From Phoronis australis (lineage: Eukaryota > Animalia > Phoronida), in contig NMRA01000154.1 in assembly GCA_002633005.1 (NCBI GenBank), positions 688,948 to 752,947 on the forward strand: DNA of 64,000 nt, written 5' to 3'. The number at the start of each line of letters is the position of its first letter. Position 1 is the first letter of the stretch. The position numbers and the translations under genes are program-made. The notes beneath the pieces are model-generated. The model was not told the DNA's origin. It saw only the letters and a program-made list of their open reading frames with translations, and made no database searches. This document shows, one piece after another, positions 51,501 to 64,000 of this stretch.

Positions 51501-54500
51501 GTGCACAGTATAGGGGACAAGTGTATGAATGAGGGCAGATATGGGGGCACCTCTAACCCATGACAAACACAAGGGTATCAGGTTGGAGGATGCTCATGGA
51601 CAATTAATTACAGTTACCTGAATCCCAATGAGAATTCGGGGAAAGCTATTCTCTTTAAAATAACAGAATCACCAGAGTCCATGGCGATTTCAGAATCACC
51701 ATGGTGATCCCCTCTCCACTTGAATCAATGAGAACACATGTTCTAGCACTCATGGAATGACAGCAGTCATCATAAAATGTCGTCAAAAAAAACTGGAAAC
51801 AGTTATCCACGGTAATGAGTGTCCTTCGACACAGCAGTAATTTTGACTATCAGCCAAATTTTATGAAAATCCGTTGAGGACCTTTGAAGATAACCGAGAT
51901 AAACGTAAAAAACTAAAATTGCCACTAGGGGGCATACTGGGCGTCAGATCTGTCCGAATGTCGATGTTGTCCGTTGTGAACTTGGTATACATTCACTTGC
52001 TACATTTAATAAAGATCTTGCAGAAGGTTTAGGATATACAGCCCTGGGTGCAAAAAAAAACTGCCACTAGGAGGCGCCACAGTAGTTGAAGTTGTCGGAA
52101 AATCGTCGTCAGTCGTCCTCTTCACAATAGGAAAATACATGCCATTTTTCACAATGATCCTTAGAGTGGTTTGGTTGAAAGTGGGGCGGGGGCCAAGATA
52201 CAAAGGTTTACATAAAAAACTAAAATTGCCACTATGGGGCACATAAGTAGTTAGATCCATTCGAAAGTTCGATCATGCCGTCTCATTCATAAAAGGAGCA
52301 CATGTGCAAAATTTCATGAACATGCATCAAAGGGTTTTGGATGTAGAGCAGCGCATGCTGGACGTACGCCAGACAGATGCCGGATGGACGGACAGGGATG
52401 ATGGCATAATGCACCCACATATAAATATGTGGGCGCATAAAAATCACCAAGATGGCCGTGATTTTAGACTGACTTAGCGGTGATTCTCGAAATCATATTT
52501 AGGAGAATGACAGCAGTGATTGCAGATGGAATCAACAATCAACAACAGATGAACAATGAACAATAGATGAACAATGAACAATGAATAATGAACAACAAAT
52601 AGTTCACGAAAGTTCAGAAATAAAGAATCTCAAGATACAGACATCTCTATGACAACAACAACTCCCCAAGTCATGAGTGTCCTGTATTGTTTACTTAGCA
52701 GTCTTCACTGTATGAAATATTGATGAGAGTTCCGAATCTGTCAATACATCCAATATATACACTGATGCATTGAAATATGAGAATATTAATAAGCCTGCAT
52801 TTGGTCATCAAACAATCAATAAATTACTGAGTTGTTATTAAAATTTCACGTAATAGCTACCGAAATTAGTTTCGCCAGTCATTGGAAAATAAAACTCACC
52901 ACATACTGGCCAGGAAGACTTTCTAAGGAGCCACTTTCACTGCTGTGATTTGTGGGTGGTTTTGAGGTCGCCATAATTTCCGAGGCCTGTGACAAAATGG
53001 CGGAAGACATTCCATCAGCAAACTGTTGATAGAGGGCGCCACGTGGAACTATGTTGCCACGGGCATCCAGCTTCATCTGCAGCTCTGCACTCTGTTTCTG
53101 CAAAAAACAAAAAAAAATGAGAAATCGTGACTTAATTTTTCACATAGGGAAGTTTCCACACAGAGTACACATCTCATTTTACTGGCTACATGACTGCCAG
53201 TGTCAAGCATTACTAGGAATTTTTATCTGTCTGAGTACCCTCAACACCAAAACCTTCACAATTATTTAGCAAATCTAAGGCGAGCCACAAGACAACAAGA
53301 GCAACGCGTTGAAATGCGACCACGAATGCATCGCAAATGGTGTGCTTTTAAGGTTGCTTATTTGTGTCATAAAAATGGCCACTAGATGGCGCAAAAACAT
53401 ACAATCCATCCAAAAACGGGAACATATCATTGCTTCTTTAATAGAAAGCTATAAACCAAATTTCATAGAAATCCATCACGGAACTATAAATACTCTTACT
53501 AATTAAATTTAATAAAGATCCTGCAGTGGATTTAAGAAAAACAGCTATGGGTGCAAAACAAAATAAAACATAACGAAACTACCACTAGGAGGCACCACAG
53601 TAGTCAAAGTTGTCATCGTCAACCGTCGAACATATACACCAATTTTCAAAATCATCCTCAGAATGATTTGGTTGATAGAGGGATAGACGCCAAAAAACAA
53701 CTAGATTATTGCTGCTCAGTTTAGACCAAGGCAGACACCATGTACATGTCACATGATTACTTGGCCAAGTATGTTGCAATGACACTAAGTTTTTTTTTGT
53801 TTGCTCACACGATACAGGTCGCAATTTTCATCCGATTCTCATGAAATTTACACGACACAACATGTAGTTGTAGAAGTACTGGAGGCCTATTGTCTTTCAT
53901 CATAATCGGATCCAAGATGGCGCATATGGTGGCCATTTTGTTTTAAATTTCAGATTCTAATGCTTGCAGAGGCTATACTTTTTTATGAAAACGGCTAAAA
54001 ATCACTACGATTATTGTTCTGGATGTGTGCTACATGTGAACCAGAAATCGTTTACTTCCAGTTTAAGATGGCGGATATATTGGCAATTGCGCATGCGCAC
54101 CTTAATTTCCGACGAAAAACGTTTTGTCCTGCAGAGGGCGCATTATGGGACCAATTGCTTCGAAACTTTTCAGGTATTCATTTCTAATGACATTCTATTA
54201 CTCAATGTAGCGAAACCGGAAGTTGCTTTTAAGATGGCGGATCTAGCGCATTTTGACCCATTTTCAGTCATGCTGGAGTGCCATTTTAATCAGAAAAATG
54301 ACGTGAAAATTTGCATGTGGATTCTGTGGCTTTTACCTTTCAAATGACCTGTAACAATTTTTTCTCAAACCTACAGTTTTTGAGCTATTTGAATTTCAAT
54401 CAAAAAAAATGCAAAATTTGAAAATTTTCGAAAATTTTACGAAACTACTAAATAGATAGTTTTAAACGGGCTTTCAGAAGATACTATCCATTTTTCGCTA

Positions 54501-57500
54501 GGACATCTATTTTTCGAATTATTCGAGACTTTCTGAAAATGCTGTTCCTTTGTTGACTGATTTTGCTGCACTGTTGTTGGTTTACCTTCTGTTGAACAAG
54601 ACTGTATCCTATTTCTTACTGACTTATGACATCTTCGTTTGTCACATGAATGTGATCATCATGTTCATCATCACAACCATAATCATCATCATCGTCATCC
54701 TCTATATCGTCGCCTTTTCAGCTCATTTCACCAAGTGTCGCTCCTCTGAGCGCTCTCGGTTTGTTTGTCGACCAATCAACACGCGCACAGCAAGGCAGAC
54801 AATACACACCTGACAGAACTGGAACTCAGCCTCCAATTCACGGATTCTTGAAGCAAGTTTTTTGTTCTCCAACATTAAAGAGTGCTGTTGCCTCTCAGCT
54901 TTGACTTTCACACTTACTATTGCACCTGATGATAATTAAGAATAACTAGACATAATATGAAAGGCAAATAGATGATGCCTTGAATGCTTTGACAAAGCTC
55001 TTGAAACCATATCAGAACAGATTTTTATGAAAGAACATCGGAAAATTTGAATAAAACAAATTTAGAAAACTGTAACAGCATTTTTGACACTTCATTTTGA
55101 ACATTTGCTAGGATTGTACCTTTCCTTTATGCTAAATTTGTTGAAAAACAATCACCAAATGACCCAATTAGGGTCAGATTGATATAAAATACAAAATCAA
55201 ATTCTACAAGCTTCAATTTCTGAAAATACCCTTTACAGAGTTACAATCTACAATTATATTGATAATTAGGTCAATGCACAGACTTGTAGATAAGGTCTTA
55301 CATAACGTTTGGTCAGAGTGAACGAACAAGCAGAATGGGACATTAGTGCACCTGTGTCAGTAGCGTTTAGAGATTTCAGTGAAAATTATCCAAAACGGCT
55401 TGTTGACAAAATGAACTGAGGTATTCAGCTGCTCTGTTGTACATGAAAACTTGTTGGAGTTAAAAATAGTTAATATATTGAAAGCTTAATATGTAATGTC
55501 AAACAAAAGTTTAATCAGATCAACAGCATGTAATCATGCTGGTTTTGAATTAAAATAATTGAAATAGCGACAAAATACTATATAATTTTATTTCAATTGA
55601 GGTTACCCATTCGCCAAAATATCTTCAATTCATTACAAAAACAAAACAAAACAAGTTAGTGAACCTACCCATAGGAACAATCAATGAACTTCATTCCGTC
55701 AATGACATAATCATGTTGACAGTAATTAGGAAGTCAATGGTAACTAGTAATATTAAAACCAAAACAAGGGTTCCACACCCAAATACTGTATAAAGAAAAG
55801 GGTTTCACCACCTAATAATGAACCAAAACCATGGTTTCACACCCAAATAACAAACTAAAAGAACGGTTCCAGCACCAAATAATAAACCAAAACAAGGGGT
55901 TTCCACCCAAATAATGAGCCGAAATAAGGGCTCCACCCCCAAATAATGACCCAAAATAATGGTTCCACTCCAAACTAATGAACCAAAACAAAGAATTGAA
56001 GGTTTTCAGAGAAGGTGCTGTGTATAGCTTTCTAATAACAAATTTAAACATTTTGCCTTTACTCAAGGCTACACGGCCTCACTCTCAACCCATCAACAGC
56101 TGAGAACTTTAGAAAACACCAGTAAAGATAAGAAAGGGGCACTGGAGCATGGGGCTAAATAAAACATTTATATAGGTCATTTAAATAGGTCAAATAAATA
56201 CTAGGTGATTTTTGTTAAGCATTCCTACTGCTCTGTTAGAGCAACACTGAGCAAGGTAAGACAGTAGATTACTTACTTTTTCCAATCCTAGTAACTCTCC
56301 ACAGCCTCAGTAAAATGACTAAACTGATGATATTTAGCACCGTCGTAGGAACAAATTCAAACAATACAGCAATATCAATGGCTAAACACACCACGACAAC
56401 AATGGAATCAAATGCTTCCCAGCAATCTCTTAACAGCTTTTTCTCAAGTACAACGGCTCTAAGTATAATCTGAAACAAAGTGAAAACAAAGATGTCAACA
56501 TTAAAAATATGTGATATAGACACTACCAACCAATTCCCAATGTAAGCACGACACCCAGAAATATGAAAGGTACTATCAATATGATGAATTTATTGACATG
56601 TGGCAACTTTTGGACATCCATTTCTTTCATCATGTGACAGGCAGAATATGTTTCTTAAGGTCAGTTTTAACCTTGCAAGGGCTACGGATTTTCAAACAGG
56701 TATCTTAAGTTTTCAAATACTGACTAAAAATGCAAATCATTTTCAAATCCTTGATCACAGGAGCATGCCGTGTTAGGCCACGTTATTCTCTTAGTCATGA
56801 CTGTCTAACGATAACGGCCAACCTAAGTTTCGAAGACTGTCTGACCATAAATACCAGCCAAAGTTTAGAAGACTTGCAACAATATCTTAAAGAGGGATTT
56901 TGATGGATGATGCATTGATTGTTTGATGGAAAATCAAAAACCTAAGACACGGCTTCAAGTGTATTGACTTAATTGTACAGTTTAGACATGAAGTTGAAGG
57001 TATTTTTAGAAATTGGTGTTCAAAGCAAACTGAGAATTTTCACAAAAATGATGGTTACTTGGATAGCAAAAATTATATAGCATTATCACGCGTTGTGTTG
57101 CCATTTATACATAACCATTAAACTTATCCAGTGGATCGGTTTTGAAGCTTTATGCTACCCGGCCCAGATTAATAATAGTTGTGCAGTGTTTTAAGGTACA
57201 AATTAACACTTTTCAGTAATTGAGGCTGCAGAAAGTAAATATTTTTAAGGATTGAAAACGGACAGGTAAATTTTTTTAGACAAAACAGAAGGACTTGACA
57301 GAGGTTGGACAATTCCCTGTGGCCACAATCTTTAACTGTCAAAAATCAAAACAACAGGGCCGTCCCGAATTACATAGCGACAGAACTCTCCTTTGTCCTG
57401 GAGATAAGAAAGTGGTTGACCTAGCTTTGGAAATCAGGCACATGTTCCTGCCTCTCATGGATGTCGTGAAGGCGAAAAAATTCAGATCACGCATCTCCGT

Positions 57501-60202
57501 TTATCAAACTTTCTCACGTCGGAGTTGCAGCCTACAGCACAGCAGTAATACTTCACTGGCATTAGAAAGACGAATAGAGTAATGCAGTGAGAAAAACTTG
57601 TAAAGAATCAGACAACAACAAATGACAAGTGAAACTCCAATGGCACAAAAAAGGCAGCAAATGTGCTTGACGGATGTTTACGTCACTGTAGGTAAATGCT
57701 GCGAGATTTGAGTGTCGCTGTATAATCCGGAACTGCCCTATTGAACTCCCACATAGGAGCTCTCATGGTAAGGTCTAGTTACCAGAAGGTAAAAAGTACT
57801 TAATATGGACATGCAGTTAGTTTACACAGACAGTAAAAACAACAAAAGTGGTCTCCCGCACAGGGAGAGCCCTGCGACAAATAATGAACAATATCTTACC
57901 TCCAGTGTAAAAAGGCAGGAAATGGCAAGACAGGTATAGTGTAAATGGTAGGCCACCCCGTACATGTAACTCTTTTGAGCAGCTGAACCCACATGCGTCT
58001 TATTACAGATCGCTTCGTAGTCTAAGAAAGATGAAAACAATGACACCTATTGATCGGGTCATTTTCCATTTTAACTTCAATGAATACAACAACCTACCTT
58101 TAATTCGTAACAGTAATTAGCTCAGGTAACAAATATAATATAATAACAGTTCTGAAATTTTTGGACATTTGTGCAAATGGTAACTGGATACCATTTTTGT
58201 AAACAAATGTCAAAATTCAAGCTCCCCCGAAACCAGAAGTCAACAACACATGTATTCACTGCCATTTTATCCTGAATATCGTTATTGCAAATTTGCTGTC
58301 TTCGTTGCCCATTCCTCAAATCATTCGTTAGTTACACGATCTCGTAGTGGGGTGAACATTTCTTGGAGTCAATTAACGTAGAAAATAAATCTGAAACTAA
58401 ATAAGGCGATCCAGATCCTCCCAAGGATACTATAATTGTTTCATGAAATGTAGAATATAAATATTTCTATTCTACATTTGGAGTCAATTGAAATGTAAAA
58501 CATAAAATGCACATGAATCAGACTTGGAAATCGAAGCGCGAGAGCTCCAGTCCGACATCGAAGACCTTCTCCTCTAGGAAGTGGTGGAATGCTATCAGTT
58601 GGAACCAAGTTAGATAGAGAAAGAGTATTACTCTACTCAAGTTGCGCAAGATGGTTCCCACTGCTAAACCTCTGAATCAGGTTTCTAGCTCCTCAGCTCC
58701 GTTTTAAATAAATAAAGCATAAAAATGGTTCCAGGTGATCATTGCAATAGGCCCACATGCACGGCCTGCGCATGTCTGGTACAACGTGTATCAGACTGCC
58801 AGCAATTATTCTTTCAAAAAGATGCTACGTTTGAGGAAGCAACATGCCCTTTTTCCAACCAGACTTTCAAATGAGGCATTCACTGACAATGCAACATTTC
58901 TAAATTTTACCAACGCACTGATAACCTGGAACCAGTTTTATGGTTTATCAATATATAGTTAAAAACAAGCTGAGGAGCTAAACACCACACTCAAGGGTCT
59001 AGCAGTGTGCCTCAGTGGGACTTGAACCCACGACCTCGAGTAAAGGAGGCAAACACTTATGCCATTTGGCCACACTGCCTCCTCTAATAAATGAAAAAAC
59101 TTCATGTGCAAAATAATCTGTGAGGCATTATATGCCCAGGCTGAATAGTCTACTGATGCGTGCGAATGACGCAGCAGAAATTTCAAGAAAAATCTTATGT
59201 CTGATGTTGGTTATGTATTCAATATCTAGTTTTGCATGAAATAACAAGCCTCGAATTACTTCAACTCCATGTAGAGTTCAACCATTGGATGATTTGAATT
59301 TAATTTTCTTCTTTGGCAATTAATACATGCCATATATGAAAAAACAGGTCAACCGAGGAATGCCATGAGCACAGCACCTGTTACGTAGACATCCGACATG
59401 AACAAGCCTGAAATTTGGCACTTAAAACTGCGAGGAAAGAATGGTTCTTTTGAAGAGTAAATTTTTTGAAGCTTTGCATGAGATATTGAGGTTGATGTAT
59501 GACCTGGTAAGTGCCATTTTCAATGATATGACCACTGAAACTCTTGGCGAGTGGAAATTGCAAGTGAAACGCTTTAAAATACAAGTGTAAAAAGTAGAAA
59601 TAAGAGTGCAGCAAATATGGTTCACGACTAGCATAACCGCTGACCACAGTTTGTACCAGGCCAAGTCTGGGAATCCGAGTGCAAATATGCCGTCTCTTGT
59701 ATTTTTAAGAGCCCATTTTTGTGCAAGCCAAGTGTTGAGAGCTATCACTTACTATCAAAAGGGATAATGACTTGTACAACATTTTTGTACATAACGCATA
59801 GATTCAGTCATCTTCAGAAATTAAATGGACAAAACTCTCTGTCTACAAAATTTGCTACAAGAGAGCTATTTGTGGTAATGAAGAGATGTTGTGTTAGTTC
59901 TGGATGACCGATTTTGTAGTTTGTTTCACTTTTGCTTCTTTAATTATATTAGGTAATACACCCTTGCATCATGTAGATATACATAGATATAGATATACAT
60001 ATAGTATACTATGTGTTTTGCTCAAATAACAAATAACAATTTGTCACAGCAGTTACTGAAGGTTATTACAAACCCACCTGTTAGTAAACCAAAGTCTATG
60101 AGTATTGTGGCAATCTCCAGCATGGTATCCACGGCGATGAGGAAGATTACAACCCAGTGGAAGGGGACGGAATAGAGGATTCCTTTGAGTTGGATACGCC
60201 AT
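48502..60202 (-). CDS. HVCN1: Voltage-gated proton channel (Hv/HVCN1-family voltage-sensor-only protein) with extended C-terminus; 5' exon(s) not located
   Basis: Exons (-): 60078-60202, 57900-58021, 56277-56469, 54810-54925, 52900-53097, 50086-50263, 49228-49376, 48502-48528; all GT-AG, phases consistent. S1 FHWVVIFLIAVDTMLEIATILIDFGLL; S2 HLHYTCLAISCLFTLEIILR; S3 WEAFDSIVVVVCLAIDI; S4 LVILLRLWRVTRIGKSAIVSVK (RxWRxxR signature); coiled coil AERQQHSLMLENKKLASRIRELE; ends DGIPMTSL*. Family assignment is secure; exact orthology (Hv1 vs other invertebrate Hv or TMEM266-like clades) is not. Confidence 0.85.
51870..52443 (+). mobile_element. Helentron/HINE (DINE-1-like) non-autonomous element
   Basis: Tandem AAAACTAAAATTGCCACTAGGGG subrepeats, GACG/GACA microsatellite, terminal hairpin TGCACCCACATAT-AA-ATATGTGGGCGCA then A-run. 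Confidence 0.65.
52535..52600. repeat. (AACAATG)n-like simple repeat
   Basis: Direct reading. Confidence 0.7.
55755..55992. repeat. ~31-bp minisatellite x~7
   Basis: AACCAAAACAAGGGTTCCAC.CCCAAATAAT units. Confidence 0.8.
58975..59084 (-). mobile_element. tRNA-derived SINE head
   Basis: Minus strand GGAGGCAGTGTGGCCAAATGGCATAAG (A box)...GGTCGTGGGTTCAAGTCCC (B box) followed by ..CCCTTGAG; no proper acceptor or anticodon stems. Confidence 0.6.
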
Positions 60203-60334
60203 CTGTTGGAAGAATGAGTCATTGGGCTTAACAAATATAAATGCGTCAAACATTAATTTCAAGCCAAGCACTGGGGAGTTATCGAGCACTGCCCAGTGCA
60301 TATTTTACAAGTAATTATGCATGGCATGGCAAAT

Positions 60335-60602
60335 CATGTTTCATGAAAATCCATGACTCCGAAAAAAAGACGAAAACATAAAAAACTAAAATTGCTACTA
60401 GGGGACACAGTGGTATTTGGATCGGTCTGAAACTCGTCGTCATCGGTCGTGAGCACCATAGGAACACAAGTGTCAAACCTCAATATGATCCTGCAAAGGG
60501 AATAGGAGATACAGCAGCAGACGCCGGATGACGGAAGCCGGATGCACAGACAGAAATGACGGCAATATGCACGCACATACAAATATACAGGAGCATAAAA
60601 AT
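60335..60602 (+). mobile_element. Degenerate Helentron/HINE-like element
   Basis: AAAACTAAAATTGCTACTAGGGG core, GACG-like tract, degenerate terminal hairpin + CATAAAAA. Confidence 0.55.
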
Positions 60603-62585
60603 CTGTCAAAGTAGCACAGAGCAAACATTTAAATAGTGGCTGTTAGAGCACCACCTTTAGACCGATTTTTCCTAAAACAATAGGCCTCGAGATACACGTT
60701 GTGTGTGAACATCAATCGTATGAAAAATACGTCCTACGTTCACAACAAAGCAACACACTTGGAGACATTTCTAGCAAGATGTTTGTTTTTCGTAAACTAA
60801 TTAAAGGTTTTCATACCAATCCAGATATAAATTTCCATTCTCTCTACTCTAGTCCATCTTTACAGTTTATGACATTATACTGTTAATTTTGTTTACAAGA
60901 GACACAAATCACTAGCAATCATTCAGAAGCCTTTGATTCAATAACAAAATGTATTTTAATTGATGCGATTCCATTCACATCCATTAACTTGTTAGGTCAG
61001 CCAACTTGCTAATAAAATCAATAATCATCACGAAAGTTCAATTTTCAGTTGTTTCAACACTGCAAAGTCAGTTTATAAATTGCCCAAAGGTTATCAGCAA
61101 TTAACTACATCAGTTGCATGTCAATTTCCCATTAAAGATAACTTTATCCTGCCTGTATTTGATAACCACTTGTGAAGTTTAGAAAGCGTGATAAGGTAAA
61201 TCCACCATTTAAAGCCCTGGTACCATATTACAGTAGCTGGGATCACATAACACGTTGTTATCAGAACAGGTAACTCAGTACTCTTCAGAAACACTTGAGA
61301 GAGGCTGGATGTATGAAATGACTGGAAAGACTCAATCACACATTACTAGTTGAAAGTTCCTCCAGAGAGAGACAATACAAAACCATCAAGTTGAATAATT
61401 ATTCGACTTAACGCTCAGAACATTAATTCATACGACCTAACACACAGAACATTTAAACCAGTTGAGAAAAACAAAAACAAAGACAGACAAGAACAAGTGT
61501 TGGAATCTTGACAACTTACACATGTTAAAGTCAGGGCTGGACATATAACCAGGATATTGCAGCAGAGGAGTTGAATATGGGTTGGTTACGTGACTTGGAG
61601 TCAAGCAAAAGATGAGGTGAATATAGACAACGAACTATTTGTTCAAGTAAGTGTAATGTTAAACTGGAGCAACACATCCTGCTCTACAGTAAAAAAACAA
61701 CTTGATTTATACCTAAGAAAAAAATCTTCCCTCATGATTTATTGAACTCATTTCTTGCAAATCTGACTTTGGAATCAAATTTCAACCAATAAACCCTAGG
61801 CGTAATTTGTGATTGCCTGGTTCTCAAAATTATTGATCACTACACTACTGTCAAAATCTGGCGACATCTGAACTTGTAGAGAAGTGTTATACCCTTGCGC
61901 GTCTGCACATAGCACACAATGAGAGGTTGACATTTCTACCTAACAGTTATGACAAGTTACTTCTAAAATGTTCTAGGGTAGGTCTGTGTGTGTACGGCAC
62001 TTTCGTGTTGGGACAACTTGGCTCACACGTGACAACTTACCTCACCTTAATGAGGCAGGGTAACTTGACACACGTGTTGCGCGGCGCAAGACGTAGGTAG
62101 TAGCGTGGACGCAAACTTGCAGACAAAGCAGAACTAATTACCAGCTCCGCCCTTTATCAGGTGTCTAACCCTTCTTGCGCTATAGTTGTGGTAAGTTGTA
62201 GGGTGTGAAGGATGGACTGTCAGCAGAATGGGGACAAGATGCTTTAGGGTAAGTTGTTCTAGGGTACCTGGTATTATCGACATGATATCTCTACTAAAGT
62301 ACACACCATGTATTTTGAACATTACTACCCTAACTAGAAGTATTCATGTCAAAAATGCAATAAATTTTAAAACGAGTTACAAAACGTGCACCTAAAAAAT
62401 GGAGGGTTCGAATTTTGAGAACGAAGACCTTTCAGTAAGATTCACAGGATACGTTCAGAGCTATGAATTGTGCATTGGCCGAATTTTGGTAGTTCCCGCC
62501 TTTTAGTGGCCTTTTGTCTCGTTTTCTACTTTTTGAAATTTGTGTTTCTCTGAGACAAACCTTTTTGCCAGCATAATAAAAGCAC

Positions 62586-63035
62586 GAAAGGTGTTACGTA
62601 AAATGGCACTAGGTCAAAACTTTCCATTCGCATTACATGGGATCAGTAGGTGGACACTACACATGGGCTGTCTATCAAAGACCTGATCGTTGTTTGGTGA
62701 GACAGTGAATTTCAATAGGGTACAAATATTTCAAAAATCAGCTATTTAAGACATAATACGGACGACACTCGCAACGATGACAGAAACCATTGCAAATAAA
62801 AAAGAAGCACTTTTGGAAATTATTTTCCCGAAAATGGTGAGATTTTACGCCGTCACTAATATGGCTGGAACCAATTAGGCTGCGTATGTACAAAATTTGA
62901 CAGAGTACATGGTCATTTTAGGAAAAATGTGTCTGTGGGTCAATTGACCCCACTTCCAGGGTACATGTCCTTTACCAGTCATCCATTCAAAAACTTGCTG
63001 CACTTGGCAAGACACCAAGAGGATTTGTTGAAGAA
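62586..63035. repeat. 450-bp direct repeat copy 1 (copy 2 at 63382-63831), ending at an assembly N (63036)
   Basis: About 8 substitutions in 450 bp by eye; offset 796 nt. Confidence 0.9.
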
Positions 63036-63036
63036 N

Positions 63037-63380
63037 GCGCAAACTATGTCAAATCCATCTGAAAACTGGAGGATAGCGTCATCTCACTAATAGGTGCCTA
63101 CATACAATATTTCATGAAAATCCGTTCAGGACTTTATAAGATACAAAGGTAAGCGTAAAAAAATAAAATTGCCACTAGGGGACACACCGGTAGTCGGATC
63201 CGTCCGAAAGTTCGCACATGCCGTCCCATTCATGAATGGAACATATGTGCCAAATTTCATAAACGTATGTCAAAGGGTTTTGGAGATAGAGCAGCTGACG
63301 CCGGACGGACGCCGCCCAGACGGACGGACGGAGATGACGGCATAATGCGTCCACATATAAATATGTGGGCGCATAAAAAA
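63037..63380 (+). mobile_element. Helentron/HINE-like element, 3' part
   Basis: AAAATTGCCACTAGGGG core, (GACG)n, hairpin ATGCGTCCACATAT-AA-ATATGTGGGCGCAT, A-run; matches 52200-52443. Confidence 0.65.
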
Positions 63381-63381
63381 T

Positions 63382-63831
63382 GAAAGGTGTTACGTAAAAT
63401 GGCAATAGGTGAAAACTTTCCATTCGCATTACATGGGATCAGTAGGTGGACATTACACATGGGCTGTCTACCAAAGACCTGATCGTTGTTTGGTGGGACA
63501 GTGAATTTCAATAGGGTACAAATATTTCGAAAATCAGCTATTTAAGACATAATACGGACGACACTCGCAACGACGACAGAAACCATTGCAAATAAAAAAG
63601 AAGCACTTTTGGAAATTATTTTCCCGAAAATGGTGAGATTTTACGCCGTCACTAATATGGCTGGAACCAATTAGGCTGCGTATGTACAAAATTTGACAGA
63701 GTACATGGTCATTTTAGGAAAAATGTGTCTGTGGGTCAATTGACCCCACTTCCAGGGTACATGTCCTTAACCAGTCATCCATTCAAAAACTTGCTGCACT
63801 TGGCAAGACACCAAGAGGATTTGTTGAAGAA
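63382..63831. repeat. 450-bp direct repeat copy 2
   Basis: Duplicate of 62586-63035. Confidence 0.9.
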
Positions 63832-64000
63832 AACACATTTGTTGTTATTTTGTAGAAAGTGTTTTTTATTCAGCCATGAATAGAAGACGTGCTCCCGTCC
63901 GTCGCATTCTGCCGACCTCACCACCAGGTGAAGCAATGCCCATGAATGCTAAATGATAAAAAGGGGCCTTTATAATACGGTGTGTTTTACCACACATTTG

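Noticed and set aside
58990-59084. tRNA gene
   Set aside because: A and B boxes are present but no cloverleaf pairing; better explained as a SINE head.
62005-62135. Candidate upstream Hv exon ending ..AAGGTGAG|GTAAGT (phase 2 would fit)
   Set aside because: Embedded in repeated AAGTTGTC/AAGTTACC motifs typical of transposon subtermini; the translation shows no Hv N-terminal similarity.

Overview
AT-rich, intron-rich DNA of an invertebrate animal (eukaryote; the species cannot be named from the sequence). Most ORFs in the supplied track are spurious or are single exons with intronic read-through. By manual splicing I reconstruct four protein-coding genes. (A) 9931-17360 (-), 7 exons, ~451 aa: secreted protein with signal peptide + PAN/apple + FN3 + short S/T linker + CASPR/neurexin-IV-type fibrinogen-like domain. 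(B) 21445-25258 (-), 3 exons, ~228 aa: tandem paralog with only signal peptide + PAN + FN3. (C) 29475-43248 (+), 11 exons, ~365 aa: UBE2Q ubiquitin-conjugating enzyme, with one GC-AG intron. (D) 48502-60202 (-), at least 8 exons, 5' end not located: voltage-gated proton channel (Hv/HVCN1 family) with unusual pore residues (Lys at the N214 position, Glu at V116, Thr at E119) and a long C-tail ending in a PDZ-type motif. The remainder is a decayed BEL/Pao LTR retrotransposon, several non-autonomous DNA transposon/MITE families (many with 5-bp TSDs), Helentron-like elements, a tRNA-derived SINE head, minisatellites and a 450-bp duplication at an assembly N. No CRISPR array, rRNA or credible tRNA gene was seen.
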